DNA of 64,000 bases from an uncultured virus (IMG/VR IMGVR_UViG_3300005239_004183) (Duplodnaviria > Heunggongvirae > Uroviricota > Caudoviricetes): the IMG/VR virus record IMGVR_UViG_3300005239_004183. The stretch is one strand, 5' to 3'. Shown here piece by piece: positions 48,867 to 60,900 of the stretch. The translations under genes and the position numbers were made by a program. Within the stretch, counting starts at the first letter, position 1, and each line of letters opens with the position of its first letter. Under the pieces are notes generated by a model that had not been told where the DNA came from, searched no databases, and saw only the letters and a list, made by a program, of their open reading frames with translations.

Positions 48867-50462
48867 CTATTGGTGTCCAAGAATCACCGATAGCAACCCC
48901 ATCAAAAATATGAGTAAATCTTCTGCTACTGATGAATCATTCATCTCCCATGAGTGGGAATAATTAACCGATTGTCCGGGTTGTTTTAAGAATAAATCTA
49001 TTTCAACACCATCATCACAATAATTATTAGGGACAACTCTAAATGCAACTAAAATAGCATCTTGTTCAGCATCTTCACTTACATGACCTCTATAATGGTT
49101 AATAATTTCAACCTCACAAGGCTCATCTGGAGGATATTCACAAGTCCCATCATCATCAGTAGCCATAGAGTCATAATTTGTTGCTTCCGAATCTGTGCAA
49201 CCATATATTGCATCATCAATTTCATCAATTTCAACTTGATTACTCATTTCACAACAATCTTCATAATCATTTCCATTAGTATTGATAGTCCTAAATCTAA
49301 TTTCAACTTTCCAATTGCCATCTTCTAAGTCCTTTAAGCCTTCATAGTTTTCAATCTTGATATTTGTTGTTCCAAATTCTGATACTCTAAATGTTTCAAT
49401 TTCTGAATAGTCAATTGTTTCAATAAAACCATCATTTAAATAGGTTGAAATCATAATTTCAATATCCACTCCACAATCACTTTCATCTTCAAAATCAACC
49501 TCAACAGTTAAATCATTATCATTTGTAATTAACACTAAATTATTATAATTTGGAGATGCGACACAAGATTCTTCAAAATAATAATTCATTGGAGAGTCCC
49601 AATTCCAATTTGAACCATCATAAGTATCAAATCTAAATTGAATCGTATAGTCGCCCTCTTCTAAATCTTGAAATGTATGATAAATGTCGTATGATTCTCT
49701 AAAATTAATTCCAAAAAATTCATCTTCATCATAATGTTGTCCGTCTTTAAACAAGTGAACCCTAAAATTGCCTTCCATTTCGTGAGGGCATTGGAAACTT
49801 GAAAAACTACCTTCTATAAAAAGAGTATTTGATTGTCCATCATCTATATATGATGAATCAGACCAAGACCAATCACAATGTTGAGGGGGTCCTCCACCGC
49901 CACCATTATTATCATCCCAATAACAAGAACCATCATCCCATGTAGCCATAGGGTCATAATTATCTGCATCGGAAGCGGTGCAACCTCCATAATCCACATA
50001 ATAATCATCATCATCATAATCATTATCGTCATCTGAACCAAACCAATCTGTTAGTCCAACCATTTCCATACTACCACCTGTCAATAACAAAAAGACAGGA
50101 ACGAAAATTAAAGCAATCTTTTTAATGTTTTCAGCCTTCCTATGGACTGATGCTATTGCTCTATCAACAATATCCCCTTCAAGTGTAGTTTCCACCTTTA
50201 TATCAGTTTTATTATCTCCACCATTTAATACCTTATTTTCAGATACCTCTTGATTAATACTTTGAACAGTAGTAATTAATTCAGCCGCCTCTTTTAATTG
50301 AGTAACTAAATCTTTTTCGGGGGCTTTATGAGAATTATTTACAATACCATCATCTAATAAATCTGCAAGAACATCTGCTTCTTCTCGCCCCGTTGCTTCT
50401 GCAACTATTTTAGCCTGTTCAGCCAAATCGGATATATCCTCGGTCTTATTGTCATTAGACAT
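48867..50462 (-). CDS. Membrane-anchored acidic surface protein with GCTDxxAxNYD repeats (3' end degraded)
   Basis: TM IALIFVPVFLLLTGG; GCTASDADNYDPMATWDDGSC and GCTDSEATNYDSMATDDDGTC; coding-like fragments continue to about 48450. Confidence 0.8.
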   Translation of the reverse strand: MSNDNKTEDISDLAEQAKIVAEATGREEADVLADLLDDGIVNNSHKAPEKDLVTQLKEAAELITTVQSINQEVSENKVLNGGDNKTDIKVETTLEGDIVDRAIASVHRKAENIKKIALIFVPVFLLLTGGSMEMVGLTDWFGSDDDNDYDDDDYYVDYGGCTASDADNYDPMATWDDGSCYWDDNNGGGGGPPQHCDWSWSDSSYIDDGQSNTLFIEGSFSSFQCPHEMEGNFRVHLFKDGQHYDEDEFFGINFRESYDIYHTFQDLEEGDYTIQFRFDTYDGSNWNWDSPMNYYFEESCVASPNYNNLVLITNDNDLTVEVDFEDESDCGVDIEIMISTYLNDGFIETIDYSEIETFRVSEFGTTNIKIENYEGLKDLEDGNWKVEIRFRTINTNGNDYEDCCEMSNQVEIDEIDDAIYGCTDSEATNYDSMATDDDGTCEYPPDEPCEVEIINHYRGHVSEDAEQDAILVAFRVVPNNYCDDGVEIDLFLKQPGQSVNYSHSWEMNDSSVAEDLLIFLMGLLSVILGHQ

Positions 50463-50512
50463 ATATGTTAAATTACTCTTTAGATATTTAAAGATTAACT
50501 CTAATTTAAGAA

Positions 50513-50788
50513 TTACTCTTCTTCACCATCAACAGCGTCAATAATATCTTCAACCGCATCTGCAATATCTTCATCAATGACTCCTGCATCTTCAAGAGCC
50601 TCAACCAAATCTTCTGCTCTTTTCAAAACTTGACCATAAGAAGAGGCGGCACAAAGGAATGCTAATGCACTTGCAATAGGAGCATAAGCACTAACTTGTT
50701 CAACTTGACTCATAGAGGCTGATGCGGCGGTTAATGCGGTAACTGCGTGTAATCGGTATTGATTCAATTGGGCTTTACTTAAATCCAT
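50513..50788 (-). CDS. Small Ala-rich hydrophobic protein with acidic tail
   Basis: TTTAAGTA box at about 50811-50818. Confidence 0.7.
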   Translation of the reverse strand: MDLSKAQLNQYRLHAVTALTAASASMSQVEQVSAYAPIASALAFLCAASSYGQVLKRAEDLVEALEDAGVIDEDIADAVEDIIDAVDGEEE

Positions 50789-50878
50789 AGTATTAATTAT
50801 TGTGTTTTATTACTTAAAGGTTCTCACAACTATCTCTTTTAATAATTAATGGCTGGTTTAATGCCAGATTACTATTAT

Positions 50879-52429
50879 TCAAAACTTCTTTTTCTTTAAG
50901 TTTTTAATTCTTCTATTTCTTTCAGCATTTTTAATAATCCCTTGCTCAAATAAATATTTAGCCAAACTATCAGTCATCATCCCCATAGGCATTTTAGATA
51001 CTGATAATGTATTATAATATCTTGCAACTTTATTCCAATCTTGACCATATAATTGCACAAGGCTATATATGGAATCCACAACAGGTGCAATTATAGTTAA
51101 TTTACTTTCCTCATCAAAAACTATATCTTCATAATAAAACCAATTACTCTTTTTATAATAAGCAGGTATCACACCTAATAAGTTTTTAGTTTCCCAAAAC
51201 AAATTACTTCTTAAAAAAGATTGTATTTTTTCTATGGAAACAATATCGTCTGCCTTTCCGGTATCTCCATATATATCAGCCATAGGGAATTGAGTTTTGA
51301 ATTTTTTGTAATATTCAGAATTAATTTCTGAAAATAACATTCCGTCTAAATCTAATTCATCAAGATAATCAAATGTTGCCCCATACCACCTACCTATCAT
51401 AAAGTGGGCATTTTTTTGAAGAGGGTCAGTTGCTCCCTTCTCTATCATATATCTAATATAATCTATTTTCATCATGGCTCCAGATGGCGAATCTCCAAAC
51501 AAAATGTAATCTATAATAAAATCTCTATTTCGTTTATTCTTCATAAGGTTCTGCAATTTGTTTGTTAAAACCATTCTTTGTATTGATTTAAAATCATACT
51601 CAAATAATATTTTCCTACATTTACTCATTAATTCCTTTTCATCATCTTCCATTTTACTAATTAAATTATCGTAGGCTGAATCCATAAATACTCTATATTC
51701 TCTTTTGTTACCTACATTAATAGTTAAATCATCTTTTTCAAAAAGGACATTCATCCTTTTTCTAATATCCATAATTACATTATTATGTTTGAATTGATAT
51801 TTGTTTAAAATAAACCAATCTATATCTCTATAACTTTTAATGTTATCCATAGATGATACATCTTGCAACCTTAGATTTCCTGTTTTATCTATTCTAATGT
51901 TTTCGGAGTAAAATTTCCAATAGAAATCTTTATCCTTGAACACATCAAAATATAAATCTCTTGCACTCATTAATGAACCCATATCTTTTTGAGTTAGTGA
52001 ATCTTCAAATGTTTGATGATAATAATTCATAGTTTCAAAATATTCCTTTTGTAAATCAAATAATTTCTTTTGTTCAAATTGATTTAACTTAGATAGTATC
52101 ATACTTCGGTAATCTTGAACACCTTTACTATTATAAATAAATGGAGAATCTTCTAAAATTATTTCATCAAATACTCTTGGATATTTAGTAGTAATATCAT
52201 CAGCAATTTTAGATACAGATTTAGTATCATTGTTAATTGTTAATAATTTTTCAACATCATTTTGCATCTGTTCATAATATTTGTTTCCCGAATCAGAAGC
52301 AATTTCACCCTTAATGGTTTCTTTAAAATCATCATAAGCCCTAACTAATTTATAATTGTCAGTTGCTACTACTTTGCTTATATCGCCTTTTATGACAGGG
52401 GCTACATGGTAGTGAATTAGATGTTCCAT
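50879..52429 (-). CDS. Hypothetical helical protein (possibly linked to the upstream nucleotidyltransferase across the gap)
   Basis: 516-aa ORF starting next to an N gap. Confidence 0.65.
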   Translation of the reverse strand: MEHLIHYHVAPVIKGDISKVVATDNYKLVRAYDDFKETIKGEIASDSGNKYYEQMQNDVEKLLTINNDTKSVSKIADDITTKYPRVFDEIILEDSPFIYNSKGVQDYRSMILSKLNQFEQKKLFDLQKEYFETMNYYHQTFEDSLTQKDMGSLMSARDLYFDVFKDKDFYWKFYSENIRIDKTGNLRLQDVSSMDNIKSYRDIDWFILNKYQFKHNNVIMDIRKRMNVLFEKDDLTINVGNKREYRVFMDSAYDNLISKMEDDEKELMSKCRKILFEYDFKSIQRMVLTNKLQNLMKNKRNRDFIIDYILFGDSPSGAMMKIDYIRYMIEKGATDPLQKNAHFMIGRWYGATFDYLDELDLDGMLFSEINSEYYKKFKTQFPMADIYGDTGKADDIVSIEKIQSFLRSNLFWETKNLLGVIPAYYKKSNWFYYEDIVFDEESKLTIIAPVVDSIYSLVQLYGQDWNKVARYYNTLSVSKMPMGMMTDSLAKYLFEQGIIKNAERNRRIKNLKKKKF

Positions 52430-53005
52430 AGTAAATTCAGAATCCTTTTTATTTACAAATTCTCCAGAACCNNNNNNNNNNNNNNNNNNNNNNNNNNNNN
52501 NNNNNNNNNNNNNNNNNNNNNNNNNNNNNNNNNNNNNNNNNNNNNNNNNNNNNNNNNNNNNNNNNNNNNNNNNNNNNNNNNNNNNNNNNNNNNNNNNNNN
52601 NNNNNNNNNNNNNNNNNNNNNNNNNNNNNNNNNNNNNNNNNNNNNNNNNNNNNNNNNNNNNNNNNNNNNNNNNNNNNNNNNNNNNNNNNNNNNNNNNNNN
52701 NNNNNNNNNNNNNNNNNNNNNNNNNNNNNNNNNNNNNNNNNNNNNNNNNNNNNNNNNNNNNNNNNNNNNNNNNNNNNNNNNNNNNNNNNNNNNNNNNNNN
52801 NNNNNNNNNNNNNNNNNNNNNNNNNNNNNNNNNNNNNNNNNNNNNNNNNNNNNNNNNNNNNNNNNNNNNNNNNNNNNNNNNNNNNNNNNNNNNNNNNNNN
52901 NNNNNNNNNNNNNNNNNNNNNNNNNNNNNNNNNNNNNNNNNNNNNNNNNNNNNNNNNNNNNNNNNNNNNNNNNNNNNNNNNNNNNNNNNNNNNNNNNNNN
53001 NNNNC

Positions 53006-53724
53006 TCAATAGCCCTTAACATCATCCGAGGCTCTTCTTCAAATCGCCTAACAGGATTGCCTACTGTTTTTAAAATATTAGAATGAATATCCCACGACCC
53101 TTGAAAATAATCATAGATATATCCTCTTTCATCCATTATTAACGAATTGACAGTAAAATCTTTATTATTAATTTCATCTATAATCCTATTATATATTTCA
53201 TACATAGGAATAGTCTTAGAATCTTTAACTATCGGAGGTAAATATTTAGAATAAGTGGATATTTCAAATTTCCATCTTTTACCCTCAAGAGTTTTAGTAG
53301 CAGTTACTAATGGCCTATGCCCCTCAACTATATATTTATTATTCTTTTTCAAACCCTCTTCCAATTCCTTGATTTTATCAAATTCAGATACAACAGATAC
53401 CCCTCCATCAACTTTCTTATATTTTTTAAAGCCATTATTGATATTCTCAAATCCTAAATCACTTAGTATTTGTTCAACATCAGATGGTAACATAGGAGTA
53501 ATGAAATCAAAATCATTCACCTTCTTGTATTTTACCATATCCCTTACTGCACCACCCACTAAAAACAAATCTGTAAATTTGTCTGAAAAAGATTTAAAGA
53601 TACTTATAACTTCTTTATAAACTGTTGATTCGGAGGGTGTGATTTTTTTAATCTCTCTTTCTAACGAACCTTGAAACTTTTTTTTAGGTTGAGGTGTTTT
53701 CTTATTTTCTGATTCAAATATCAT
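53006..53724 (-). CDS. Class II CCA-adding enzyme / poly(A) polymerase family nucleotidyltransferase, N-terminal part
   Basis: LVGGAVRD..DFDF, DFTVNSL, IYDYFQG..DI..ILKTVG.P..RFEEEPRMMLRA. Confidence 0.85.
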
Positions 53725-53764
53725 AGTATCACCACCTATATTTTTAATAATGATGGTTTGTTAT

Positions 53765-54031
53765 TTAATGTTTTACCATCCATCTCATTTTTAAATCTAT
53801 ATTATAGCCATCTGCATTACACAATAAATAATTCATAGCGTCTGTTATTTCATTTTCAAAAACTTGGGTGGATTCACAAGAAATATATTCTTGAACACAA
53901 ATATTATATTCCACATAATAAGTTTTACTATCTATATCAAAATCATAATTATCTAATTCAATATCTTCCAAATTAATATGCTCTATTAAGGATTCAAAAA
54001 TAATATCTTCAACCTTTACAATATCTAACAT
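53765..54031 (-). CDS. Small acidic hypothetical protein
   Basis: 88-aa ORF. Confidence 0.5.
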   Translation of the reverse strand: MLDIVKVEDIIFESLIEHINLEDIELDNYDFDIDSKTYYVEYNICVQEYISCESTQVFENEITDAMNYLLCNADGYNIDLKMRWMVKH

Positions 54032-54052
54032 ATAAAAAGGTGATAGAAACGA

Positions 54053-54343
54053 CTATCTAAAGATTTTCCCATTTAACTTAAGAGGAAGATTTAATTCAAG
54101 ATTACATTTAATGATATAATTTATTTGCTCAAATAAATCAAAAACACAAGAATCGTTTAGCCATTGTTTAGGGTTTAGACTGATGCAAAGTTTTTCACAA
54201 CCCTCTTCTAATATTACATTTCCTTTAAAAAATATTTGGTCTAAAACTACTTCTATATCTTCTAAAGCATTATATACATTATTTGAAAACTCAATGTTTC
54301 GGGATAGGACTCTTTTAGCCCCATTAGTAATTTTAAGATTCAT
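54053..54343 (-). CDS. Small hypothetical protein
   Basis: ORF with GGAG upstream of ATG. Confidence 0.5.
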   Translation of the reverse strand: MNLKITNGAKRVLSRNIEFSNNVYNALEDIEVVLDQIFFKGNVILEEGCEKLCISLNPKQWLNDSCVFDLFEQINYIIKCNLELNLPLKLNGKIFR

Positions 54344-54549
54344 TTTAGGGACTCTCCCGTTCAACTATTTAATTTTTTTCCATACTTTATGCATATTTTC
54401 TTAATGGAAATACTACATCATAAAATCCTTCATACCACCCAAACTTAACATCTGGAACAGAATACGCTTGAATAGCATATCCCATGTGTTCCATAAAATC
54501 ACTCCAAAAATCTTTCATNNNNNNNNNNNNNNNNNNNNNNNNNNNNNNN

Positions 54550-55938
54550 TGCACAATTTCTAATCCCATATTCTCTAATTTTCTTTCTCAACCCCTTTTG
54601 CAAAGTTTTACAGAATCCCGAATCTAAAAATTCTTGACTCTTAAATGCGGGGAATGGACCTCGTTCAACGGCAAGATAAGTTGATGCCTCATAAGCCCTC
54701 TTTTTAATAAAATTAAATATTTTTTCAACCATTTTCCTACCGTCTGCACTATTGTATTTCAAACCTAATTGAATTAAACAATGTCCAAGACCCATAACAC
54801 CTAATCCAATTCTCCTTACATTATGGCAATTCTTTTCAATTTCGGGAGTAGGATAATTATTTACATCTAATACATCATCTAAAAATCTAACACCTAAGAT
54901 GACGGTATCTGCAAGTAAATCCCAATTAATATCTGATGCATCTTCAAGAATCATTTTAGAAAGATTAATTGAACCTAAATCGCAACAACCATAGGGTTCT
55001 AACCAAATTTCACCACAAGGATTTGTGCTAATGAGAGGGGTATGATACCAAATGTTATTCATTTCATTAGCAAGACCTTCATTAAGAATACCCGGCTCTC
55101 CAGATTCCCAAGAATTATTAACTATAATGTCCCAGATTTCTTTGGCAGGAATTTTACTAATTTCTTTATTTTGCCATTCAAAAACCACATCTTCCTCATT
55201 TTTAACCTTTTCAAAGAATTCATTATCCACCAAAACAGAAACATTTGAGTTTTTTAATTTTTGGTCTAATTGATTCTTAATTAGTTTTTGGTAAATTACA
55301 GAATTATCTTCTGAAAACATTTCAGTTAATTCTTTAACATCAGAATGTGGTAAATTAGGGAATGCATTTTGCAATTCTTGATTAATATTATCCCCTTCAA
55401 CTGAAACCTTATTAAATTTCTCTTCAAGAAACTCTAATACATCTGGGTGGTCATATCTTAAACATTGCATTAGAGCCGTTCTTCGCCCACCACCTGCTTT
55501 GATTACTTCTCCAACTTCATTAACTACTTGCATAAGTGAAACTGCACCTGTGGATTGCCCTCCGGAGCCTCTAATTGGAATACCTCTTGGCCGAATTGGA
55601 GAATAATTAATACCTACTCCCCCTCCTGTTCCACTAATAATTAACATATCTGAAACAGTTTTAGCCCAACCCTCTCTTGAATCTTCGGTAGGGATTACAA
55701 AACAATTTAGTAATTGACCCTTAGCCCTTCCAGAACCATACCAAATCCTACCGCCGGGAATAAATTTATTACTTACTAAGGCATTAGTAAATCTTTCAGA
55801 CCAATAATCCCTCTTTCCATTCTCGGCTTGAGATACATGATTGGCGACTCTTTTACAAGCCCCCTCCCAACTTTCACCTTCATTAAGTGCATATCTTTGT
55901 TTAAAAATTGTTTCTGCGAAATCTTTTGGCTCATACAT
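54550..55938 (-). CDS. nrdJ: Class II (adenosylcobalamin-dependent) ribonucleotide reductase, truncated by gap
   Basis: PGGR, LLNCFV, GGGVG, GGGRRTALM, TNPCGE, CDLGSINL, RRIGLGVMG, IRN motifs; no ATP cone. Confidence 0.9.
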
Positions 55939-56039
55939 TATTTTAGTCCTCCTATTGCTTTTTCCCTATCTTGATAACAACTATATAATACTTATTCACC
56001 CAACCGAGTAAAGAGTTTATAACTTAGTCTTTATCTATC

Positions 56040-57956
56040 CTAAATTGAGGGATAATATGTTTCAATATAGTCCACTACTCTATCAATCAAGACCATTCCC
56101 TTCGCAACTCCATACACAGGATGCCACATAGGGGTTCTTGAATAGGTTGATNNNNNNNNNNNNNNNNNNNNNNNNNNNNNNNNNNNNNNNNNNNNNNNNN
56201 NNNNNNNNNNNNNNNNNNNNNNNNNNNNNNNNNNNNNNNNNNNNNNNNNNNNNNNNNNNNNNNNNNNNNNNNNNNNNNNNNNNNNNNNNNNNNNNNNNNN
56301 NNNNNNNNNNNNNNNNNNNNNNNNNNNNNNNNNNNNNNNNNNNNNNNNNNNNNNNNNNNNNNNNNNNNNNNNNNNNNNNNNNNNNNNNNNNNNNNNNNNN
56401 NNNNNNNNNNNNNNNNNNNNNNNNNNNNNNNNNNNNNNNNNNNNNNNNNNNNNNNNNNNNNNNNNNNNNNNNNNNNNNNNNNNNNNNNNNNNNNNNNNNN
56501 NNNNNNNNNNNNNNNNNNNNNNNNNNNNNNNNNNNNNNNNNNNNNNNNNNNNNNNNNNNNNNNNNNNNNNNNNNNNNNNNNNNNNNNNNNNNNNNNNNNN
56601 NNNNNNNNNNNNNNNNNNNNNNNNNNNNNNNNNNNNNNNNNNNNNNNNNNNNNNNNNNNNNNNNNNNNNNNNNNNNNNNNNNNNNNNNNNNNNNNNNNNN
56701 NNNNNNNNNNNNNNNNNNNNNNNNNNNNNNNNNNNNNNNNNNNNNNNNNNNNNNNNNNNNNNNNNNNNNNNNNNNNNNNNNNNNNNNNNNNNNNNNNNNN
56801 NNNNNNNNNNNNNNNNNNNNNNNNNNNNNNNNNNNNNNNNNNNNNNNNNNNNNNNNNNNNNNNNNNNNNNNNNNNNNNNNNNNNNNNNNNNNNNNNNNNN
56901 NNNNNNNNNNNNNNNNNNNNNNNNNNNNNNNNNNNNNNNNNNATTTCTTTTACTGCCTGTTCCACCCCTACCTCCAAAAACACTACCCCTACTTCCTACG
57001 GGGTTGTTATCTCTCACGCCTCGGTTAGCAGTTTGTGATGTTTTTGCAACATATGTGTAAATCCAAGAACCTCCCACACAGGCCAATTTACTTTTTGCTT
57101 CAAATTTAGATAATGTATCAATTACACTTTGACTTGGTATTTTTTCAGCATTTCCTTTAATACTCACCTTTAAACACCCTCCAATATCTGTAACTCCTAC
57201 TATGCTTTCCTTTCGGTATTCTGCAATGTCCCAACATTCTAAAGTAATAGTTTCATCCTTTTCCTTTTTAGTTTCAAAATAAGAGAGCGCATAGAGCATA
57301 TCTCTAATTTCCATTTCAATCTCAACTTCATCGTGAATATACATTAAAAAGTCAAAATCTTTATATTTTCCTTTTGGAATATAAATTAGGTGATTTTCGT
57401 CTGGCTTATGATATTCAACTCCTTCGGGCAGTTTGTCTTTAATCAAATTATAGAATCCGTCTGTAATTCTAACAAATATGTCATAATCTCGCCCATATTT
57501 TTCTTCAAACTTATCCTCCAATTGGATTTTGACTTCACCCCTCGTATCCTTTGGTTTGTCATCAACTTTCTTATTTGTTTTAGATTTAGTAGTAGTTGCC
57601 AATGCAGTTGATTTAGCACCTACTCTTGGTTTGTATATAATTTTAGTCCCGCTTTCGTTAATTTTACTATACCCATCTTGAAAATGACCTAATGCTTTAG
57701 CATGACTTACCCATGCTTGTTCAGTTTTACCCTCATATTTACAACCGGGTGCATTACATTTAAATGGCTTTTTATTTTTGCTTGAATAATTAGAAACACC
57801 CTTTGATTTAGAGGTAGTTGTAGTTGCTTTCTTAGCCTTTTTATCCTCTATTACAACAACGGGCGCACCGGGAATATTATTATCATTCATGTGAACGACG
57901 GCTTCATCTCTCTTACCAAATTTTTCACCGTCAGGAGTTATATATTTCCGAGCCAT
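56040..57956 (-). CDS. Hypothetical protein with C2H2-type zinc finger (spans N gap; may be two genes)
   Basis: FKCNAPGCKY..WVSHAKALGH. Confidence 0.6.
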   Translation of the reverse strand: MARKYITPDGEKFGKRDEAVVHMNDNNIPGAPVVVIEDKKAKKATTTTSKSKGVSNYSSKNKKPFKCNAPGCKYEGKTEQAWVSHAKALGHFQDGYSKINESGTKIIYKPRVGAKSTALATTTKSKTNKKVDDKPKDTRGEVKIQLEDKFEEKYGRDYDIFVRITDGFYNLIKDKLPEGVEYHKPDENHLIYIPKGKYKDFDFLMYIHDEVEIEMEIRDMLYALSYFETKKEKDETITLECWDIAEYRKESIVGVTDIGGCLKVSIKGNAEKIPSQSVIDTLSKFEAKSKLACVGGSWIYTYVAKTSQTANRGVRDNNPVGSRGSVFGGRGGTGSKRNXXXXXXXXXXXXXXXXXXXXXXXXXXXXXXXXXXXXXXXXXXXXXXXXXXXXXXXXXXXXXXXXXXXXXXXXXXXXXXXXXXXXXXXXXXXXXXXXXXXXXXXXXXXXXXXXXXXXXXXXXXXXXXXXXXXXXXXXXXXXXXXXXXXXXXXXXXXXXXXXXXXXXXXXXXXXXXXXXXXXXXXXXXXXXXXXXXXXXXXXXXXXXXXXXXXXXXXXXXXXXXXXXXXXXXXXXXXXXXXXXXXXXXXXXXXXXXXXXXXXXXXXSTYSRTPMWHPVYGVAKGMVLIDRVVDYIETYYPSI

Positions 57957-57963
57957 ATATATT

Positions 57964-60900
57964 TCACCATCCTTTTACTATATCAAGGATTCTATCATAA
58001 GTTTCCGCTTCCACAATCTCATCACCATCAGCACCAGCACCATATCGGTCTTGATAAATTAAGAATTCTTCTAATCTTCTATCTCTAATTGAAGCGGCTA
58101 ATCTCTTAGTATCATTATTTGCATAGGGCCAATCAATCATAAAATAAACATAAGAAATATCAATTTGTTTTTCTGGAGTAGCAAGTAAATGTCCATATCC
58201 ATTTAATATCCAATATTGAATTTGTTGAATATAACCCATATTTAATTGTCTGNNNNNNNNNNNNNNNNNNNNCATATTATTTTCATCCCAAGTATTTCTC
58301 CATGCAGGTATTTCCTTTTGACCTTGGAAGGTTTCTGAATCGGCCATAACCAAAACCATACCTGTATCCCATTTAGCAGGGGTTCCTTTAAAGTTTAATT
58401 TAGTTTCAGACCTTTGACTTTCGGGAATGAAACTATATAATTCTTCAAGAGTTGTGGATTTTTGGAATTGTTTGGTGTTTTTTACTCCTGTTTCACCATC
58501 CCATGTAATTTCTATACCCTTAACCGTATAATATTTTCTTTTCTTTACAATACTTTGAACGAATAGCAATTCGGAAGAAGTTATTTCATTTCTTTTAATT
58601 CGCTTCTCAACTTCTCGTTGTAATATCTCCCCATCCTCTTCATAGTCCTCTTGAACCATCTTTATCTTTTCAGATTCATCAATGTCAAATTTCAAAATAT
58701 AATGAGGTCTATCTAAAACAGGTAATGCCTTATCTGCAATGGCCTCTCTTTGCCCGTCTTTATTGTAAAACATGGAGTTATTTACAGGGAGTTTCATAGC
58801 ACCTTTGTAAGTGCCCCCTCTCCAATACTCTAACCAATCGCCATTATTATTTATTACAGATTGTATATAATCTCTAACATTTTTTGGAGTGTTCATACTA
58901 AGTGTTGAATAAAAATTAGCATCACCATGTAGCCTGTCAATTCTATTAACATCTTGATTCACATTGATAGATAAAATATCTAAAATTGTATTAATTATAA
59001 TGTCATTTTGTGCAATTGATAATGAGGGATTACTTAACATTTGAATATGGTATTGATTAATATATTGTTTCCACTCAAAACCACTATCTATTACATCTGA
59101 TAAGCAAGGGTTAGAAAACAAAATCTCTCTCTTTTCTGGATATTCTTGGAAAAGATATTTCCAACCAGCAACACTTAATGATGGATTTTGTGTGAAATTA
59201 TTAATTACAATATTTAATACCTCATCATAATCACCCTCATAAGTTTCAGAAATTAACGACCATTTCATACCATAACTTCCAATTGTAGCAGGTAGCATCA
59301 GCCTCATTTGTAGGCTTTGAGGGGTGTAAATATTTTTAGAAAATCCTCTTGCAACTTGATTCAAAATGTAAATATATTCAGTATTTTCATTTAATAATTT
59401 ATATCTCTCACTCATCTTAGCAGGTAATTTAGAAAATACCGGTTTTCTAATTCCTTTTTTGTATAGTCCTTTTAAAGCAGTTTGCATAATTAGATTTTCA
59501 AAGAATATAAATGCTTTAGGTTCTATAATCCAACTTGCAACTTCTCTCCATCCAAGACCCCACAATAATTCTTGATTATTTAAAATATACCTCATAGCGG
59601 CAGGAGGGACTACATCTCTTTCTTCCATTGAGCCATGTTGATTAATAAAATCATAAGTCAATAATTGTTCCATTGAATCTCTTGGCAATCTTTTAAGAGT
59701 TTCAGTAAATCTTTTTTCAGTAATATACATATCTCGTTCCGATAAATTTATGTCCTCCCTATTAATGGTTTTAAACAAGAATTGTTTGAATGGTAGCCCA
59801 TATGCTTCAACATCATAAGATTTAATGACCTTATCAGTAATGACTCCACAATTAGTATATAGCCAATTAAATACTGAAACACTTCTAACATTCTCCCATA
59901 ATGCACTTGAAGGATAAATAGGAGTTTCTATGTCCAATGTTTCTTTATTCGTTTGGTATGGTTGAACCATTTTATTACAACCAGAATCTAAAGCATATTT
60001 AATAGCCTCAACAGTTTGTCTGTCAAAATTAGATTCAGATTCCAAGTAGGGTATATTTTGCAACCCTAAATAACCACCTTTGATTGTTTTTTGTCCAATA
60101 CCATAATCAGTTGCATTTTGTATAGGGATGCAAATTGACATTTCTATATCATTCATAAGTTGTATCAATTGTTGTCTAAATGTGCTGGCTATTTGAGTTT
60201 GTCTTTTGTGTGTGGGGGATTGTCCATTAATCCAAAGTCTAAAGTGAGAATAGTCTTTACCATGATGAGTCCGATATTCATTAAAAAGGTCATCAGACCA
60301 AACATAATCTCTAAATGATTTTAACAATAATAGATAATCCTTTTGAGTGAGATTTGGTGAAAACAAGATTCTTCTCATTGCTGAAATCCATTCTTGAATA
60401 ACTACCTGTTGATTTATAGTGGTTGTCCTCATTCCCGTTTTTAGGGTTTTTCTTTGCACACTCCCCAAACTTGATTTACCAAGATAAGCCCTCCGCCTAA
60501 GATTATCTCTTGCAATAAGCCTTTCAATATTGGCCTTTGTCTTTTTAAAATACATACAATTATGGGGGCCTTTAATCATATTTTTAACAATTTTTTGTAA
60601 AATCGGAGTAGGTGCATTACAAACCATTCTTTTTGATTTTAAAGAATTATAGTCTGAATTATTTTCAAGTCTGCCTAATAAACTTAAATAATGGATTTCA
60701 ATAATACTTCCAATTTTCTGATTTGTTCTAATGCCAGCCCCATTATCCCCTACCTTAAAACCTTTATGATTTGAAAATAAAGTCAAATGGATATTTGTTG
60801 AGGAATTAGGATGAGTAAGTAAATCTCTAACCAATGAATCATCATTTTTATATGAGGCATAATCATCATATTTATCATCATAAAAGGCAATATTTTCTGC

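Noticed and set aside
48450..48900. Pseudogene or programmed frameshifts at the end of the surface protein gene
   Set aside because: Multiple scattered breaks fit low-quality consensus; cannot be separated from error without reads
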